From Alphaproteobacteria bacterium (GTDB taxonomy: Bacteria; Pseudomonadota; Alphaproteobacteria; Rs-D84), in the NCBI GenBank assembly GCA_017471805.1, contig JAFURS010000044.1:1-59226 (forward strand): a stretch of DNA of 59,226 nucleotides, written 5' to 3'. Under the pieces are notes generated by a model. It was not told the origin of the DNA and did not search any database. It was given only the letters and a program-made list of their open reading frames with translations. Positions 9,594 to 19,451 of this stretch are shown here, one piece after another. The translations under genes and the position numbers were made by a program. Positions within the stretch are counted from its first letter, which is position 1; every line of letters begins with the position of its first letter.

Positions 9594-11168
9594 ATGGAAA
9601 ATAATTACACCGTTCTTGCACGCAAATATCGCAGCCAAGATTTCAAATCACTGATTGGACAAGACGTGTTGGTTAAAACACTGACCACTGCAATCAACAC
9701 ATCACGAATTGCACACGCATATATTTTTACAGGTATTCGTGGAACTGGGAAAACCAGCACGGCACGTATCTTGGCCAAGGCATTGAACTGTATGGCCGGC
9801 GACAAGGCGACCGCAACACCGTGTGGCGAATGCGAAAATTGTCGGGCAATTGCCGCAGGACAACATATTGACGTTATGGAAATCGACGCCGCATCACATA
9901 CAGGTGTTGATAATATGCGTGATATTCTGGATGGGGCGCAATACAGACCAACAAACGGACGTTATCGTGTATATATCATCGACGAAGTTCATATGCTGTC
10001 TATTTCCGCATTTAATGCGTTGCTGAAAACACTAGAAGAACCACCTGCACACGTTATATTTATTTTAGCAACAACCGAAATCCGCAAGGTGCCTGTGACA
10101 ATTTTATCACGTTGCCAACGTTTTGACCTGGTGCGGGTGCCGGTTGACACACTAAAAAAACATTTTGCCTGGATTGCAGAACAAGAAAAAATTCAACTGA
10201 CCGATGGGGCAAATGAATTGCTGGCACGGGCCGCAGACGGTTCGGTGCGTGATGGGTTAAGCCTGCTGGACCAGGCAATCGCACAAACCGGTGGTAATGT
10301 TGATGAAAATGCCGTGTTGGATATGCTGAAACGTGCCGACAGGGGTGTCGTTGTTGACTTTATGAAAACACTGTTGTCGGGGGATACCGCCGCCGCACTG
10401 GACAAGGTTGATGAAATATATAATAACGGTGCCGATTTATCTATGTTGTTAACAGATATGATGGAATGGACACACTGGGCAACACGTATGCACCCTGCCC
10501 TGCACGCAGGTGATGTCACAAATTCCCCATACACCGCAGACCAACGTGAACAAATCCAAAATCTTAATGGACGAATTTCATTGAATACACTGTCCAGAAT
10601 CTGGCAGGTTATGGTTGCAGCCGTCCCAGAAATGCAAGCCGCAGGTAATCAAAAACAGTGCTTTGATATGCTGGTCGTGCGTATGATGCATATCGCAGAT
10701 ATGCCGTCAATCCCAGAAATTATCAAACAACAAGAAGCCGCATCACGGGTGCGTGACGTGAAAAATATTTTCGCAGACCGTATGGCCGCATCGCAAAATA
10801 ACCAAACTTCTGCACAACCAGCACAAAAGGTGTTGCGCACAATAAATTCGGGCAGTGAATTGGCGTCTGCGCTGCAAGAAACCAAAGAAATTTTGCTGTA
10901 TTCATATTACAGTGAAAATATTGAAATTGTCGAATTTCAAGACGGCAAAATCAAATACTTTGACCGCAAAGGGGATGTGGATTTCGCACACAAAATCGGG
11001 ACCTGGCTTTATGATAAAACCGGCAAACAATGGGGACTGGAACGTGTGATGGAATCTGTGCATACGCACACAATCAGCGAACAAAAACAAGAAGAGTTAG
11101 AGGCAGACCCATTGGTCGCAAGCGCAATGAACCTGTTTGAAAATGCAGAAATAGTGGGGGTCAAATAA
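9594..11168 (+). CDS. dnaX: DNA polymerase III subunit gamma/tau
   Basis: Motifs are LARKYRSQDFKSLIGQD, the Walker A GIRGTGKTSTARILAK, the Zn module CGECENC, and IIDEVHMLS. The start is placed at the ATG at 9594, after AAAGGAAG. Confidence 0.93.
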   Translation: MENNYTVLARKYRSQDFKSLIGQDVLVKTLTTAINTSRIAHAYIFTGIRGTGKTSTARILAKALNCMAGDKATATPCGECENCRAIAAGQHIDVMEIDAASHTGVDNMRDILDGAQYRPTNGRYRVYIIDEVHMLSISAFNALLKTLEEPPAHVIFILATTEIRKVPVTILSRCQRFDLVRVPVDTLKKHFAWIAEQEKIQLTDGANELLARAADGSVRDGLSLLDQAIAQTGGNVDENAVLDMLKRADRGVVVDFMKTLLSGDTAAALDKVDEIYNNGADLSMLLTDMMEWTHWATRMHPALHAGDVTNSPYTADQREQIQNLNGRISLNTLSRIWQVMVAAVPEMQAAGNQKQCFDMLVVRMMHIADMPSIPEIIKQQEAASRVRDVKNIFADRMAASQNNQTSAQPAQKVLRTINSGSELASALQETKEILLYSYYSENIEIVEFQDGKIKYFDRKGDVDFAHKIGTWLYDKTGKQWGLERVMESVHTHTISEQKQEELEADPLVASAMNLFENAEIVGVK

Positions 11169-11626
11169 TGAAAAATGAATCTGGACGTTCCTTAATCGAA
11201 GTTATAGGTGTTATGGCAATTGCAGGTGTTATGACCGTTGCAAGTCTGGGGATTTACAATATGATTCGCACAAATCAGGTGCGAACAATCGCAGATGCAG
11301 AACTGGAACAAATTGTTCAAAACACAAAACTGTTATTAGAAATGCGTGGCACATACGAAGGTGTTTCAATCGATTATTTGATAAAAGCAGGCGCATTGGA
11401 TTCTGACAAGGCACCATTGGGTGGGGCGGACTGGTCAATCGAATCAAGCGCAGACGGACAGAGTTTTTCAATTAACCTGGTCGAACTGACAACAAGCGAG
11501 TGTGAATATTTTTCTGCAAAGCAACCAAAGTGGGCAACGGCAATTCTGGTCAATGGGTTCGAGATAGGATTAACCGATAACTGCTTTGATTCAAATACAA
11601 ATCAGGTGGCATTTGTCATAGAATAA
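11168..11626 (+). CDS. Type IV pilin-like protein (152 aa)
   Basis: The N-terminus is MKNESG|RSLIEVIGVMAIAGVMTVASLGIYN, with a 6-aa leader and Glu at +5. A C-terminal Cys pair (TSECEYF...DNCF) is typical of a pilin D-region. Its ATG overlaps the dnaX TAA (TAATG). Confidence 0.7.
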   Translation: MKNESGRSLIEVIGVMAIAGVMTVASLGIYNMIRTNQVRTIADAELEQIVQNTKLLLEMRGTYEGVSIDYLIKAGALDSDKAPLGGADWSIESSADGQSFSINLVELTTSECEYFSAKQPKWATAILVNGFEIGLTDNCFDSNTNQVAFVIE

Positions 11627-12310
11627 ATGAACGTTATAAAAATATTTTTGAACGTATTTTTAGTCGGTGCAATTGTTGGATGTGCGCCCTATTCCAGTCC
11701 GCCACGTTATAGTTGGCCCACTTATTTGAACGGTGCAAGTTTTACAGATATGACTGAAATTTCACGGGTGGCAAAACGGCCAGTATATCTGGGCGCAGGT
11801 GGCAAGTTGGTTGGTGGGACAGTCAATACCCCGGACGCATTGGAATACGGCGACAAAATCGCAAACGATAATGCAATCGCAACACAATATATGGCAACAC
11901 TAGAATTTGCGTTGTATGACGCATTAAGAAAACCCGGAATTTCTGTTCAACGGGCCGGAACAGATGTTGTTGTGATTCTTGTGCGGGACGCAATTATGGA
12001 ATTGAATATCGCAGACATTTCAATCACAGGCGACGATACGTTGAATACTATTGTTAAAATCTTGAAAAAATACGATGCAACATTTGTTGAAATCGCAGGA
12101 TACACAGATGCAATGCGTGACACAAATGCGGCAAATGCATTGTCACTGGATATGGCACAACGGGTCGGGGTGTATTTTTCTGAACACGGAATTAACACAA
12201 CACGGATGTTTATTGTTGGACGGGGCGCAACACGACCAATCGCCGCCCAGGACGATATTGGACGATTGACCAATCGCAGAATTGAACTAAGAATTGCACC
12301 AGCACGATAA
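11627..12310 (+). CDS. OmpA/MotB-domain lipoprotein
   Basis: It has the lipobox LVGAIVGC and a C-terminal OmpA-like peptidoglycan-binding domain (IAGYTDAMRDTNAANALSLDMAQRV...NRRIELRI). It starts immediately after the pilin stop codon. Confidence 0.8.
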   Translation: MNVIKIFLNVFLVGAIVGCAPYSSPPRYSWPTYLNGASFTDMTEISRVAKRPVYLGAGGKLVGGTVNTPDALEYGDKIANDNAIATQYMATLEFALYDALRKPGISVQRAGTDVVVILVRDAIMELNIADISITGDDTLNTIVKILKKYDATFVEIAGYTDAMRDTNAANALSLDMAQRVGVYFSEHGINTTRMFIVGRGATRPIAAQDDIGRLTNRRIELRIAPAR

Positions 12311-12314
12311 ATAA

Positions 12315-12336
12315 CGCCCCCAAACGGGGGTTTTTA
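12315..12336 (+). terminator. Intrinsic terminator
   Basis: CCCCC-AAAC-GGGGG is followed by TTTTT. Confidence 0.65.
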
Positions 12337-12397
12337 TACGACAAAAGTCAACACACAGACCTTGAAAAGAGAAAAGTTATATTTTATACTGCGTGGT

Positions 12398-13453
12398 ATG
12401 AAGATTTTAAACCGATATTTTTCACGACAACTGATAGCAATATTTGTAATGTTGCTGATGGTGCTGACGGGGTTGGCGTGGATGATGCAAATTATGTCTA
12501 TGATGAAGTTCTTGTTGAAATACGGAATTGACGTGGGCAGTTTCTTGGGATTGACCGCACTGATGATTCCGTTTATTGCATCTATTATCGTTCCGTTTGT
12601 CTGTTTTATTGCCGTGATTTTTGTCTATAACAAGATGATTTCTGACAATGAAATTACTGTTATGGCGGCATCGGGTCTGTCGCCAAGGCAGATTGCAAAA
12701 CCAGCACTGGGGTTGGGAATCGTGCTGACCGTGTTGAATTTAATCCTGAATATTTGGATTGTGCCACGAACACAATCGTTGTTCTATGATACGCAATGGA
12801 ATCTGCAATATGGTATGGCGCATATGAAATTGCAGGAAAGTGCATTTACAGAAATATCGGACGGGTTGGTCGTGTATGTTGACAAGGTGTCTGGACACGA
12901 TTTAAGCCAGGTTATGTTGTCGGATATGCGTGATGAAAATGCGCCCAGTATGATTTTCGCAGAAAAAGGTAAATTAGTTTCTACGATACGGGGACTGTCG
13001 CTGGTTATGACAAATGGTTCATTACAGGCCAGTGGCGAAACAATGGTGACAGGGACATTTGAAACATTTGATATGGACCTGAACGTGGTTGACAAGGAAA
13101 ATACTTCGTTCCGTGTTCGCAGAATACCAACCGACGATTTGTTGCGTGTGGCATTTGATGCAGAAACAAAAAAACAGCATAAAATGATTTTAACAGAAAT
13201 GTGCAATCGTTTCTTGTCGCCGATTATGAATATTGTTTTGGCGGCACTGTGTGCAATGATTTTATTGCGTTCGTCACTGTTACGCCGACGGGCCAGTTTT
13301 GCACCAATCGTCGCTGTGGCGTCTATGGCGGGTGTTATGGCACTGTTTATGTCGGCGTCTAATATGATTAACAGTTTGACACAGTTTGGTTTCTTGGCGT
13401 GTGGGGTCGGGTTGGTTTTAGTTATAATATTGGCAATGTTGGCAAAAAAATAA
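12398..13453 (+). CDS. LPS export ABC permease, LptF/LptG (YjgP/YjgQ) family
   Basis: It starts MKILNRYFSRQL, has a 6-TM topology with a large periplasmic loop, and lies directly upstream of lptD. Confidence 0.85.
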   Translation: MKILNRYFSRQLIAIFVMLLMVLTGLAWMMQIMSMMKFLLKYGIDVGSFLGLTALMIPFIASIIVPFVCFIAVIFVYNKMISDNEITVMAASGLSPRQIAKPALGLGIVLTVLNLILNIWIVPRTQSLFYDTQWNLQYGMAHMKLQESAFTEISDGLVVYVDKVSGHDLSQVMLSDMRDENAPSMIFAEKGKLVSTIRGLSLVMTNGSLQASGETMVTGTFETFDMDLNVVDKENTSFRVRRIPTDDLLRVAFDAETKKQHKMILTEMCNRFLSPIMNIVLAALCAMILLRSSLLRRRASFAPIVAVASMAGVMALFMSASNMINSLTQFGFLACGVGLVLVIILAMLAKK

Positions 13454-15468
13454 TGAATAAATATTTTGGTATTTTCTTGGTTATTATGATGGCCACTGTA
13501 AAAAACGCAGGGGCGTTGTCTGTTGATATGGACGAACCAAGACTGATTACAGCAGACAGAATCGAATATGATGTTAAAACAGAATCTATTAAAACATCTG
13601 GGAATACCGAAATTATAAATCAGTCTGGACAGCGGCTGACACTGACAGATTCGTATATCACACAGCAAGGCGATGAATTATCAGGGGATGATATTAAACT
13701 GTGGTTGGGCAATCACGTTTATGTCGAATCTGATAATATTACCAGAAAAGGCGATTTGACAATCGCAAGAAGGGCAACATTTACAGCCTGTGATGATTGT
13801 GATGCGTATGGTGATGCCTGGGAAATTTCAACATACAAGATTATTCACGATATGGAAACACGTATGCTGAAATTTTATAGCCCTGTGATGCGGACATACA
13901 ATATTCCAATTATGTGGTTGCCATACTTTGAAATGCCAGACCCAGGTGTGAAATATAAAACAGGTTTTTTAATGCCTGATTTCGCATCGACAAATAAAAT
14001 GGGAACACAGATAAATATTCCACTGTATATCTCGTTATCTGATACGCACGATATGACGTGGACGTTTTCATACCTGACCCAGGAAAATCCATTATTTCAG
14101 TTGGAACACAGATTAAATGCGGCACATTCTGAATACAGAACAAGTGCGTCATTTACACATAATCGTGATGGCGAAAACCGCTGGCATATTTTTAACGATG
14201 ATGTTATTGAACTGGGCGAATATGCACGGGCAACGATTTTCTTGGAACGGGCATCGGATAAAACCTATTTACAGAAATATGGATTCTATGACGACCAGCC
14301 GTATTTGGATTCTGGGGCAAAATTAGAACTGTTTGGGCAAAGCAGTTATGTCGTGGCTGATGCGCATATATTCCAAGAACTGCGCCAAAGCACACGACAT
14401 ACGGCCCCGGACGGAAACATCCTGCCAAATATCAGGGCCATACATCAAACCGCACCGTTGTTCGGGGAAACATACGCAACATTTAGTGCAGACGTTTTGG
14501 GAATTTCAGGTGACGGGACCGCCGCACAACGTATGATTGGGGACGCCAGACTTACAACACCGTGGACACTGTGGGGGGGGAATCGCCTGACCGCCAGTGT
14601 ATCAACACGCTATGACCTGTATCATTTTGATAATGCTAAAATGGAAGATGGGGATGTGTATTCTGGATTCAAAAATCGTTTCTTGCCAAGTGGATATTTA
14701 GAATGGGGATTGCCACTGTTTAAGCCAACAGATAACTGGACACAGATACTCGAACCACGGGCCAGAATCACTGTTATGCGACACCTTGATGATGAAGCAT
14801 TTGCAGACAGTAATGATTCTGCGGGGACAATTTTAACGGATTCTACACTGTTTTCCGATAATCGTTTTTCTGGTTTGGACGTGTGGGAAAACGGAACATA
14901 TGCCGACTATGGCGTGCGTTGGGCGGCGTTTAATAACGATGGACATAATATAGAGGTATTCTTAGGACAATCATATGATTTCACAGAAAAACCAGAAAGT
15001 GATTTAAACAGTGGATTTCGCAAGGGGTTGTCTGACTATGTTGGACGGGTTAGTTATAACAATATGAAATGGCTTAGTGTTGCGTCACGTTTCAGATTAA
15101 ATCAGGACAATCTGTCGTTGCGACATATGGAAACATCGGCGAATATTGGAACATCAAATAACTTTTTCAATATTGGACACATTTGGTCACAACATCTGAG
15201 TGATGAATTAACAGAAAACACAAATATTAACGAAGCAATCGTTGGGGCAGGATTCCAATTAACCAATCGCTGGTCAGTGCGGTGGAATGCTATTTATAAT
15301 ATGGAACTGGGACAATTCCAAAGACATACAGGCGGATTCTTCTATACACATCCGTGTTATTATATGTCGGTTGAATACAGACGTGATAACGCAATCAAAG
15401 AAGACTATGTCGGAACAACAACCTTCCAATTCCGTTTCGGTATGGCAATAAATGGACAACAATACTAA
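13453..15468 (+). CDS. lptD: LPS-assembly outer membrane protein LptD (OstA)
   Basis: It has a signal peptide and an N-terminal OstA-like domain (ADRIEYDVKTESIKTSGN), then a large beta-barrel ending in an aromatic-rich C-terminus. Its ATG overlaps the upstream stop. Confidence 0.9.
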   Translation: MNKYFGIFLVIMMATVKNAGALSVDMDEPRLITADRIEYDVKTESIKTSGNTEIINQSGQRLTLTDSYITQQGDELSGDDIKLWLGNHVYVESDNITRKGDLTIARRATFTACDDCDAYGDAWEISTYKIIHDMETRMLKFYSPVMRTYNIPIMWLPYFEMPDPGVKYKTGFLMPDFASTNKMGTQINIPLYISLSDTHDMTWTFSYLTQENPLFQLEHRLNAAHSEYRTSASFTHNRDGENRWHIFNDDVIELGEYARATIFLERASDKTYLQKYGFYDDQPYLDSGAKLELFGQSSYVVADAHIFQELRQSTRHTAPDGNILPNIRAIHQTAPLFGETYATFSADVLGISGDGTAAQRMIGDARLTTPWTLWGGNRLTASVSTRYDLYHFDNAKMEDGDVYSGFKNRFLPSGYLEWGLPLFKPTDNWTQILEPRARITVMRHLDDEAFADSNDSAGTILTDSTLFSDNRFSGLDVWENGTYADYGVRWAAFNNDGHNIEVFLGQSYDFTEKPESDLNSGFRKGLSDYVGRVSYNNMKWLSVASRFRLNQDNLSLRHMETSANIGTSNNFFNIGHIWSQHLSDELTENTNINEAIVGAGFQLTNRWSVRWNAIYNMELGQFQRHTGGFFYTHPCYYMSVEYRRDNAIKEDYVGTTTFQFRFGMAINGQQY

Positions 15469-15489
15469 TTAAAATATAAGGAAAGAGAG

Positions 15490-16317
15490 ATGATGAATAT
15501 AAAAACTGTTGTTGTTTTGTTTTCAATGCTGGGGATTGCGCCTGCATTTGGGGCAAGTGTGGTTGCGTCTGTTAATGGCACGCCAATTACAGATACAGAT
15601 ATTACAATGCGAACAAAACTGATGACAAAACAGGGTTATAATGGAACAGACAACCGTCGGGTCGCATTGCAAAATATTATCGACGATAATGTTAAACTGG
15701 CATATGCACAAAATTTTAATGCCGTGCCAGATGATGAAACAGTTGAAAAAGAACTGAAAAAAATGAATCTGGGGGAAATGTCATCTGCTGAAAAAGAAAT
15801 GGCAAAAAGTGCGCTGCGGGCCGAAATTGCCTGGCAGGTTATTGTGGCACGAACTATTTTGCCAACAGTTGATGTGGCAGACGAAGATATAAAAAGCGAA
15901 AAATTAAATCTGGAACGTGAACACGGATTGCCAATTGAAATGACAATTGTGCGCCTGACCGATATTCCTGAAAATATCGCAGAAAAATTATCAAAACCTA
16001 AATCGTGCGACGATGCAATTAGTATGGCCGAAAAATTGGGTGGGGTGCCTCAGAAATTTACTGCAATACAATATGAATTGTCCGCCGATATTCGTGAAAG
16101 AGTTGCAGGGTTGCCTAAACTTGCCTGGTCAACAGTTCAAGATAATTCTGTGTTATTGGTATGCGATACAAAAAAGACAGATGAATACAAAAATCTGGAT
16201 AATGTCATTAAACAAAATACACTTTATAAACAAGCAATGTTCCAAGCCGACCAACAATTAAAACAATTGAGACGCCGTGCCGTCATTGTAATTAACGATA
16301 GCAGATATAAATTATGA
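15490..16317 (+). CDS. surA: SurA-like periplasmic chaperone (short form, 275 aa)
   Basis: It has a signal peptide and a SurA N-terminal-type domain (VNGTPITDTDI...IDDNVKL), and it sits in the conserved position after lptD. I could not recognise a clear parvulin signature. Confidence 0.6.
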   Translation: MMNIKTVVVLFSMLGIAPAFGASVVASVNGTPITDTDITMRTKLMTKQGYNGTDNRRVALQNIIDDNVKLAYAQNFNAVPDDETVEKELKKMNLGEMSSAEKEMAKSALRAEIAWQVIVARTILPTVDVADEDIKSEKLNLEREHGLPIEMTIVRLTDIPENIAEKLSKPKSCDDAISMAEKLGGVPQKFTAIQYELSADIRERVAGLPKLAWSTVQDNSVLLVCDTKKTDEYKNLDNVIKQNTLYKQAMFQADQQLKQLRRRAVIVINDSRYKL

Positions 16318-17417
16318 AACCGATTTTATTTAACCTGACAGATGCAGAACTGGAAAAATATATAACTGATTTAGGTCAGCCTAAATTCCGTGCAAAACAA
16401 ATACGAGAATGGCTTAATCGGGGGGCGCCTGATTTTTCTGTGATGAAAAATATTCCTGAAAAATTGCGTGACCAGTTAAACGAAAACGCACGGACAATGC
16501 CAGTTGAAATTATTAAAAAACTGGAATCGTCAGATGGGGAAACAACCAAGTTCTTGTTAGAACTGGGGGACGGCGAACAGATAGAATGTGTGCTGATGCG
16601 GACAACATACGGAAACAGCGTCTGTGTTAGTTCACAGGCCGGATGTGCCATGGGATGTAAATTCTGCGCCAGCACGTTGTTGGGACTGAAAAGAAATCTG
16701 ACGGCAAATGAAATTTATGCGCAAATACTGGTGGCGCAATGGGAACTGCGCAGCGATAAATTTAGCGAAAAACCAATTCGGGCAAATGGTGATGCAAATA
16801 ACGGTGATGTGTCGCATATCGTTGTTATGGGAACAGGTGAACCATTGCAAAATACTGAAAACGTTATCGGATTTATCGAACGGGCGAATAGCGAAATGGG
16901 TATTGGATGGCGCAAGATTACAGTTTCAACCTGTGGCATTGTGCCGGGTATTGACAGGCTGATTGAGTGGGGACGACCAATTAACCTGGCAATTTCTTTG
17001 CACGCACCAACAGATGAATTGCGCAGTCAAATTATGCCTATTAACAACAAGTATAAATTAAGTGATGTGCTAGATGCGGCCTGGCGGTTCACAGATAATC
17101 ATAATCGACAGTTGATGATTGAATATATTCTGTTGGGGAAAAAAGACGAAAACGGCGAAACGTTTTTATACAACGCCACACCAGAATATGCTGAAAAATT
17201 ATCTGAATTATTAAAAGGCAAAAATTGTATGGTTAATCTGATTCCGTGGAATGCGGTTGATGAACGGGACTTTGCGGGACTTTCAGGAAATGCCGTTCAC
17301 AGATTCCAAGACATTTTAATAAAAAATGGTATTCATACACGTATCAGGCGTGAACGTGGAACAGATATTGGTTCGGCGTGCGGACAATTAAGACTGAACA
17401 ACGCAAAAAACAAATAA
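16314..17417 (+). CDS. rlmN: 23S rRNA/tRNA (adenine-C2)-methyltransferase RlmN, radical SAM
   Basis: Motifs are FRAKQIREW, the radical-SAM cluster CAMGCKFC, and the C-terminal GSACGQL. Confidence 0.92.
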   Translation: MKPILFNLTDAELEKYITDLGQPKFRAKQIREWLNRGAPDFSVMKNIPEKLRDQLNENARTMPVEIIKKLESSDGETTKFLLELGDGEQIECVLMRTTYGNSVCVSSQAGCAMGCKFCASTLLGLKRNLTANEIYAQILVAQWELRSDKFSEKPIRANGDANNGDVSHIVVMGTGEPLQNTENVIGFIERANSEMGIGWRKITVSTCGIVPGIDRLIEWGRPINLAISLHAPTDELRSQIMPINNKYKLSDVLDAAWRFTDNHNRQLMIEYILLGKKDENGETFLYNATPEYAEKLSELLKGKNCMVNLIPWNAVDERDFAGLSGNAVHRFQDILIKNGIHTRIRRERGTDIGSACGQLRLNNAKNK

Positions 17418-17449
17418 TAAAAAACCCACCAAACGGTGGGTGTTTTTTT
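17418..17449. terminator. Bidirectional intrinsic terminator between rlmN and the porin gene
   Basis: It consists of an A-tract, ACCCACC-AAAC-GGTGGGT, and a T-tract. Confidence 0.7.
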
Positions 17450-18482
17450 AGAAACTTAGTCGCAATCCCGCAGATACAAATGGTGTGTGCGATGTTATAC
17501 CGCCAGACATCCAAATATCAACGTATTCGTTATATTTATAGCGAAATGACGCAATTACACTGTGGTCAATAAAGTCGGCAATATCCGATTGCCATACGCC
17601 GGTATCAGATAACATATAGGTCAGTGATACCGTATAACGCAATAAATCATAACTGACACCGGTGCCAAACACAAAACCATCAGACACTTTTTCGTCAACG
17701 ATAACTGGGTTCTGGTCATATATTACACGGGCTGTCGTTCCCCAAATCAAACTGTTATACTGTAAATTCATACCCAATGACATTTGCGCACGCCAATCAG
17801 CCGTGACAGACGGCATATAAACTTCGGGGTCAAAGTCGTTCGGGTTGTCCATAAATGATACGCCCAGTGAATATGCTGTCTTGACCTTGCCCGATGGACG
17901 ACGAATTTTTAAGCCTGCGTCCAGCGCATAGTCATAATCAGATGCAAATCCAGACACAGACAGGCCATACTGAACCGCCCCAGATGGCGCAGATACTATA
18001 TTTACACGTGGGGCATTGCGACCAGATGTCAGGGTTGTATCAGGAATAATTGATCCGTCGGGGATAATCTTTTCGTTAAACAAGGGACGATCATTTATAC
18101 GCAGTCCACCAACGTCCGGTAATCCAACCCCCAGTTTGCGTGCAATGGAATCAGTCCAACCAAATTCAAGGCGACCAAAATCACGCAATTCAAAAAATGT
18201 AAATGTTTCACGGGAAAAATTTCCACGGTCCAGGGCCGCCTGGTCCAGGGCATAGACCACACCAATTTTTAACGTGTCGGTTGTGGCGTGGGTTATTTGA
18301 CCACGAACACGCCAATCACCAATAAAAAGCGATGATTCAAGGTCTGGATTTATTACGCCACTGGTCGCATAGCCGGTCAAACGAAATGAATATTTTCCTG
18401 TGTCGTATTGAAGCGCATTCGCAGACAATGGCAGAACAACCGCCATAACCGCAATTGCGGCAATTTTAGAATTAAAAAACAT
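17448..18482 (-). CDS. Outer-membrane beta-barrel (porin-like) protein
   Basis: It has the signal peptide MFFNSKIAAIAVMAVVLPLSANA, alternating amphipathic strands, and a terminal Phe (GLRLSF). The start is trimmed to the M that abuts the rpoH stop. Confidence 0.6.
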   Translation of the reverse strand: MFFNSKIAAIAVMAVVLPLSANALQYDTGKYSFRLTGYATSGVINPDLESSLFIGDWRVRGQITHATTDTLKIGVVYALDQAALDRGNFSRETFTFFELRDFGRLEFGWTDSIARKLGVGLPDVGGLRINDRPLFNEKIIPDGSIIPDTTLTSGRNAPRVNIVSAPSGAVQYGLSVSGFASDYDYALDAGLKIRRPSGKVKTAYSLGVSFMDNPNDFDPEVYMPSVTADWRAQMSLGMNLQYNSLIWGTTARVIYDQNPVIVDEKVSDGFVFGTGVSYDLLRYTVSLTYMLSDTGVWQSDIADFIDHSVIASFRYKYNEYVDIWMSGGITSHTPFVSAGLRLSF

Positions 18483-18483
18483 A

Positions 18484-19398
18484 TTAAATCTGTCCTTTGG
18501 TTTCGGCCAAAATGGCATCACGTAATTTTTTGTAGGCACGTTCTTCGATTTGGCGCACACGCTCACGAGAGATGCCGTATTTCTGGGATAAGGATTCCAG
18601 TGTTGCCACAGGCTGTTGCAGACGACGGGCCGTCAATATCGCACGGTCACGTTCTGACATTTTTTCCAAGTGACGTTTTAACAGGTCATAGCCACGACGA
18701 CGAAATTCAATCTGTTCCAAGGTTTCTTCGATTGTGTCCGAACCGTCGGTCATATTTGACAAGATGTCGGTTGTGCCGTCGTCTGAATTTAACGGCGAAT
18801 TTAACGATACATCACGGGCGCTGATGCGGGTCGCCATACGGGAAACGTCACGTTCGGGAACCTCAAGATATTCGGCAATCTGTTTGGTTTGTTCATCAGA
18901 TAAATTATTGTCCATTATGCCCAATGCACGCTTGGCACGGGATAAATTGAAAAATACACGCTTTTGATTGGCAGATGTGCCAATGCGAACCAAAGACCAA
19001 TTGTTTAATATAGTTTCGTAAATTTCAGCCTTGATCCAGAACATTGCATAGGTCGAAAAACGAAAGCCCTTGTCTGGGTCGAATTTTTGTAATGCCTGCA
19101 TCAGGCCCATATTGCCACTGGCAATCAGTTCGCCAACGGGAATCCCATAATTCTTGTAATCGTATGCAACTGACACAACCAGACGCAAATGACTGGCCAC
19201 CAGTTTTTCCGCCGCAATTTTATCCTGGGTCTTGACCCAGCGGGTCGCATAGTCATATTCTTGTTCGGCGGTTAAAACAGGTATTTTCTGAACCGTTTGA
19301 ATATACTGGGCCAACCCAGATTCATCACTGACACCACGGGCGGCAACAATGCCGGTTCCAACAGATGATGGTAATGTGGTCTTGATTTCCTTGCTCAT
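18484..19398 (-). CDS. rpoH: RNA polymerase sigma-32 factor RpoH
   Basis: Sigma70 regions 2-4 are present, and an RpoH-box-like sequence (QKRVFFNLSRAKR) is visible. The ATG at 19398 is preceded by TTGATA-15 nt-TATACT. Confidence 0.9.
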   Translation of the reverse strand: MSKEIKTTLPSSVGTGIVAARGVSDESGLAQYIQTVQKIPVLTAEQEYDYATRWVKTQDKIAAEKLVASHLRLVVSVAYDYKNYGIPVGELIASGNMGLMQALQKFDPDKGFRFSTYAMFWIKAEIYETILNNWSLVRIGTSANQKRVFFNLSRAKRALGIMDNNLSDEQTKQIAEYLEVPERDVSRMATRISARDVSLNSPLNSDDGTTDILSNMTDGSDTIEETLEQIEFRRRGYDLLKRHLEKMSERDRAILTARRLQQPVATLESLSQKYGISRERVRQIEERAYKKLRDAILAETKGQI

Positions 19399-19451
19399 AA
19401 CTTTTATAGTATAACAAAATTTAATATTTATCAAGCACAGGAGATTAGATT

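Noticed and set aside
10153-10159. An A7 run (CTA AAA AAA CAT) inside dnaX could be a -1 frameshift site like the E. coli A AAA AAG gamma/tau signal.
   Set aside because: It lies near codon 187, within the ATPase/clamp-loader core. That is far upstream of where a functional gamma product could end, and I saw no downstream stem-loop or nearby -1 frame stop logic.
12784-13668. Several long antisense ORFs were considered as genes. They are this 294-aa one, and also 46161-46862, 38486-39211, 29458-30105, 36996-37532, 30645-31109, 20415-20849, 19445-19879 and 2591-3037.
   Set aside because: Each lies entirely opposite a gene with clear family motifs. Each also has a low-complexity or Cys/Arg/Ser-skewed composition typical of shadow frames.
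14573-14580. A G8 homopolymer inside lptD (CTG TGG GGG GGG AAT) could be a slipped-strand phase-variation tract.
   Set aside because: The gene is in frame and essential, and the tract encodes a plausible WGG. Nothing else suggests contingency-locus behaviour. It is worth noting only as a possible sequencing-error hotspot.
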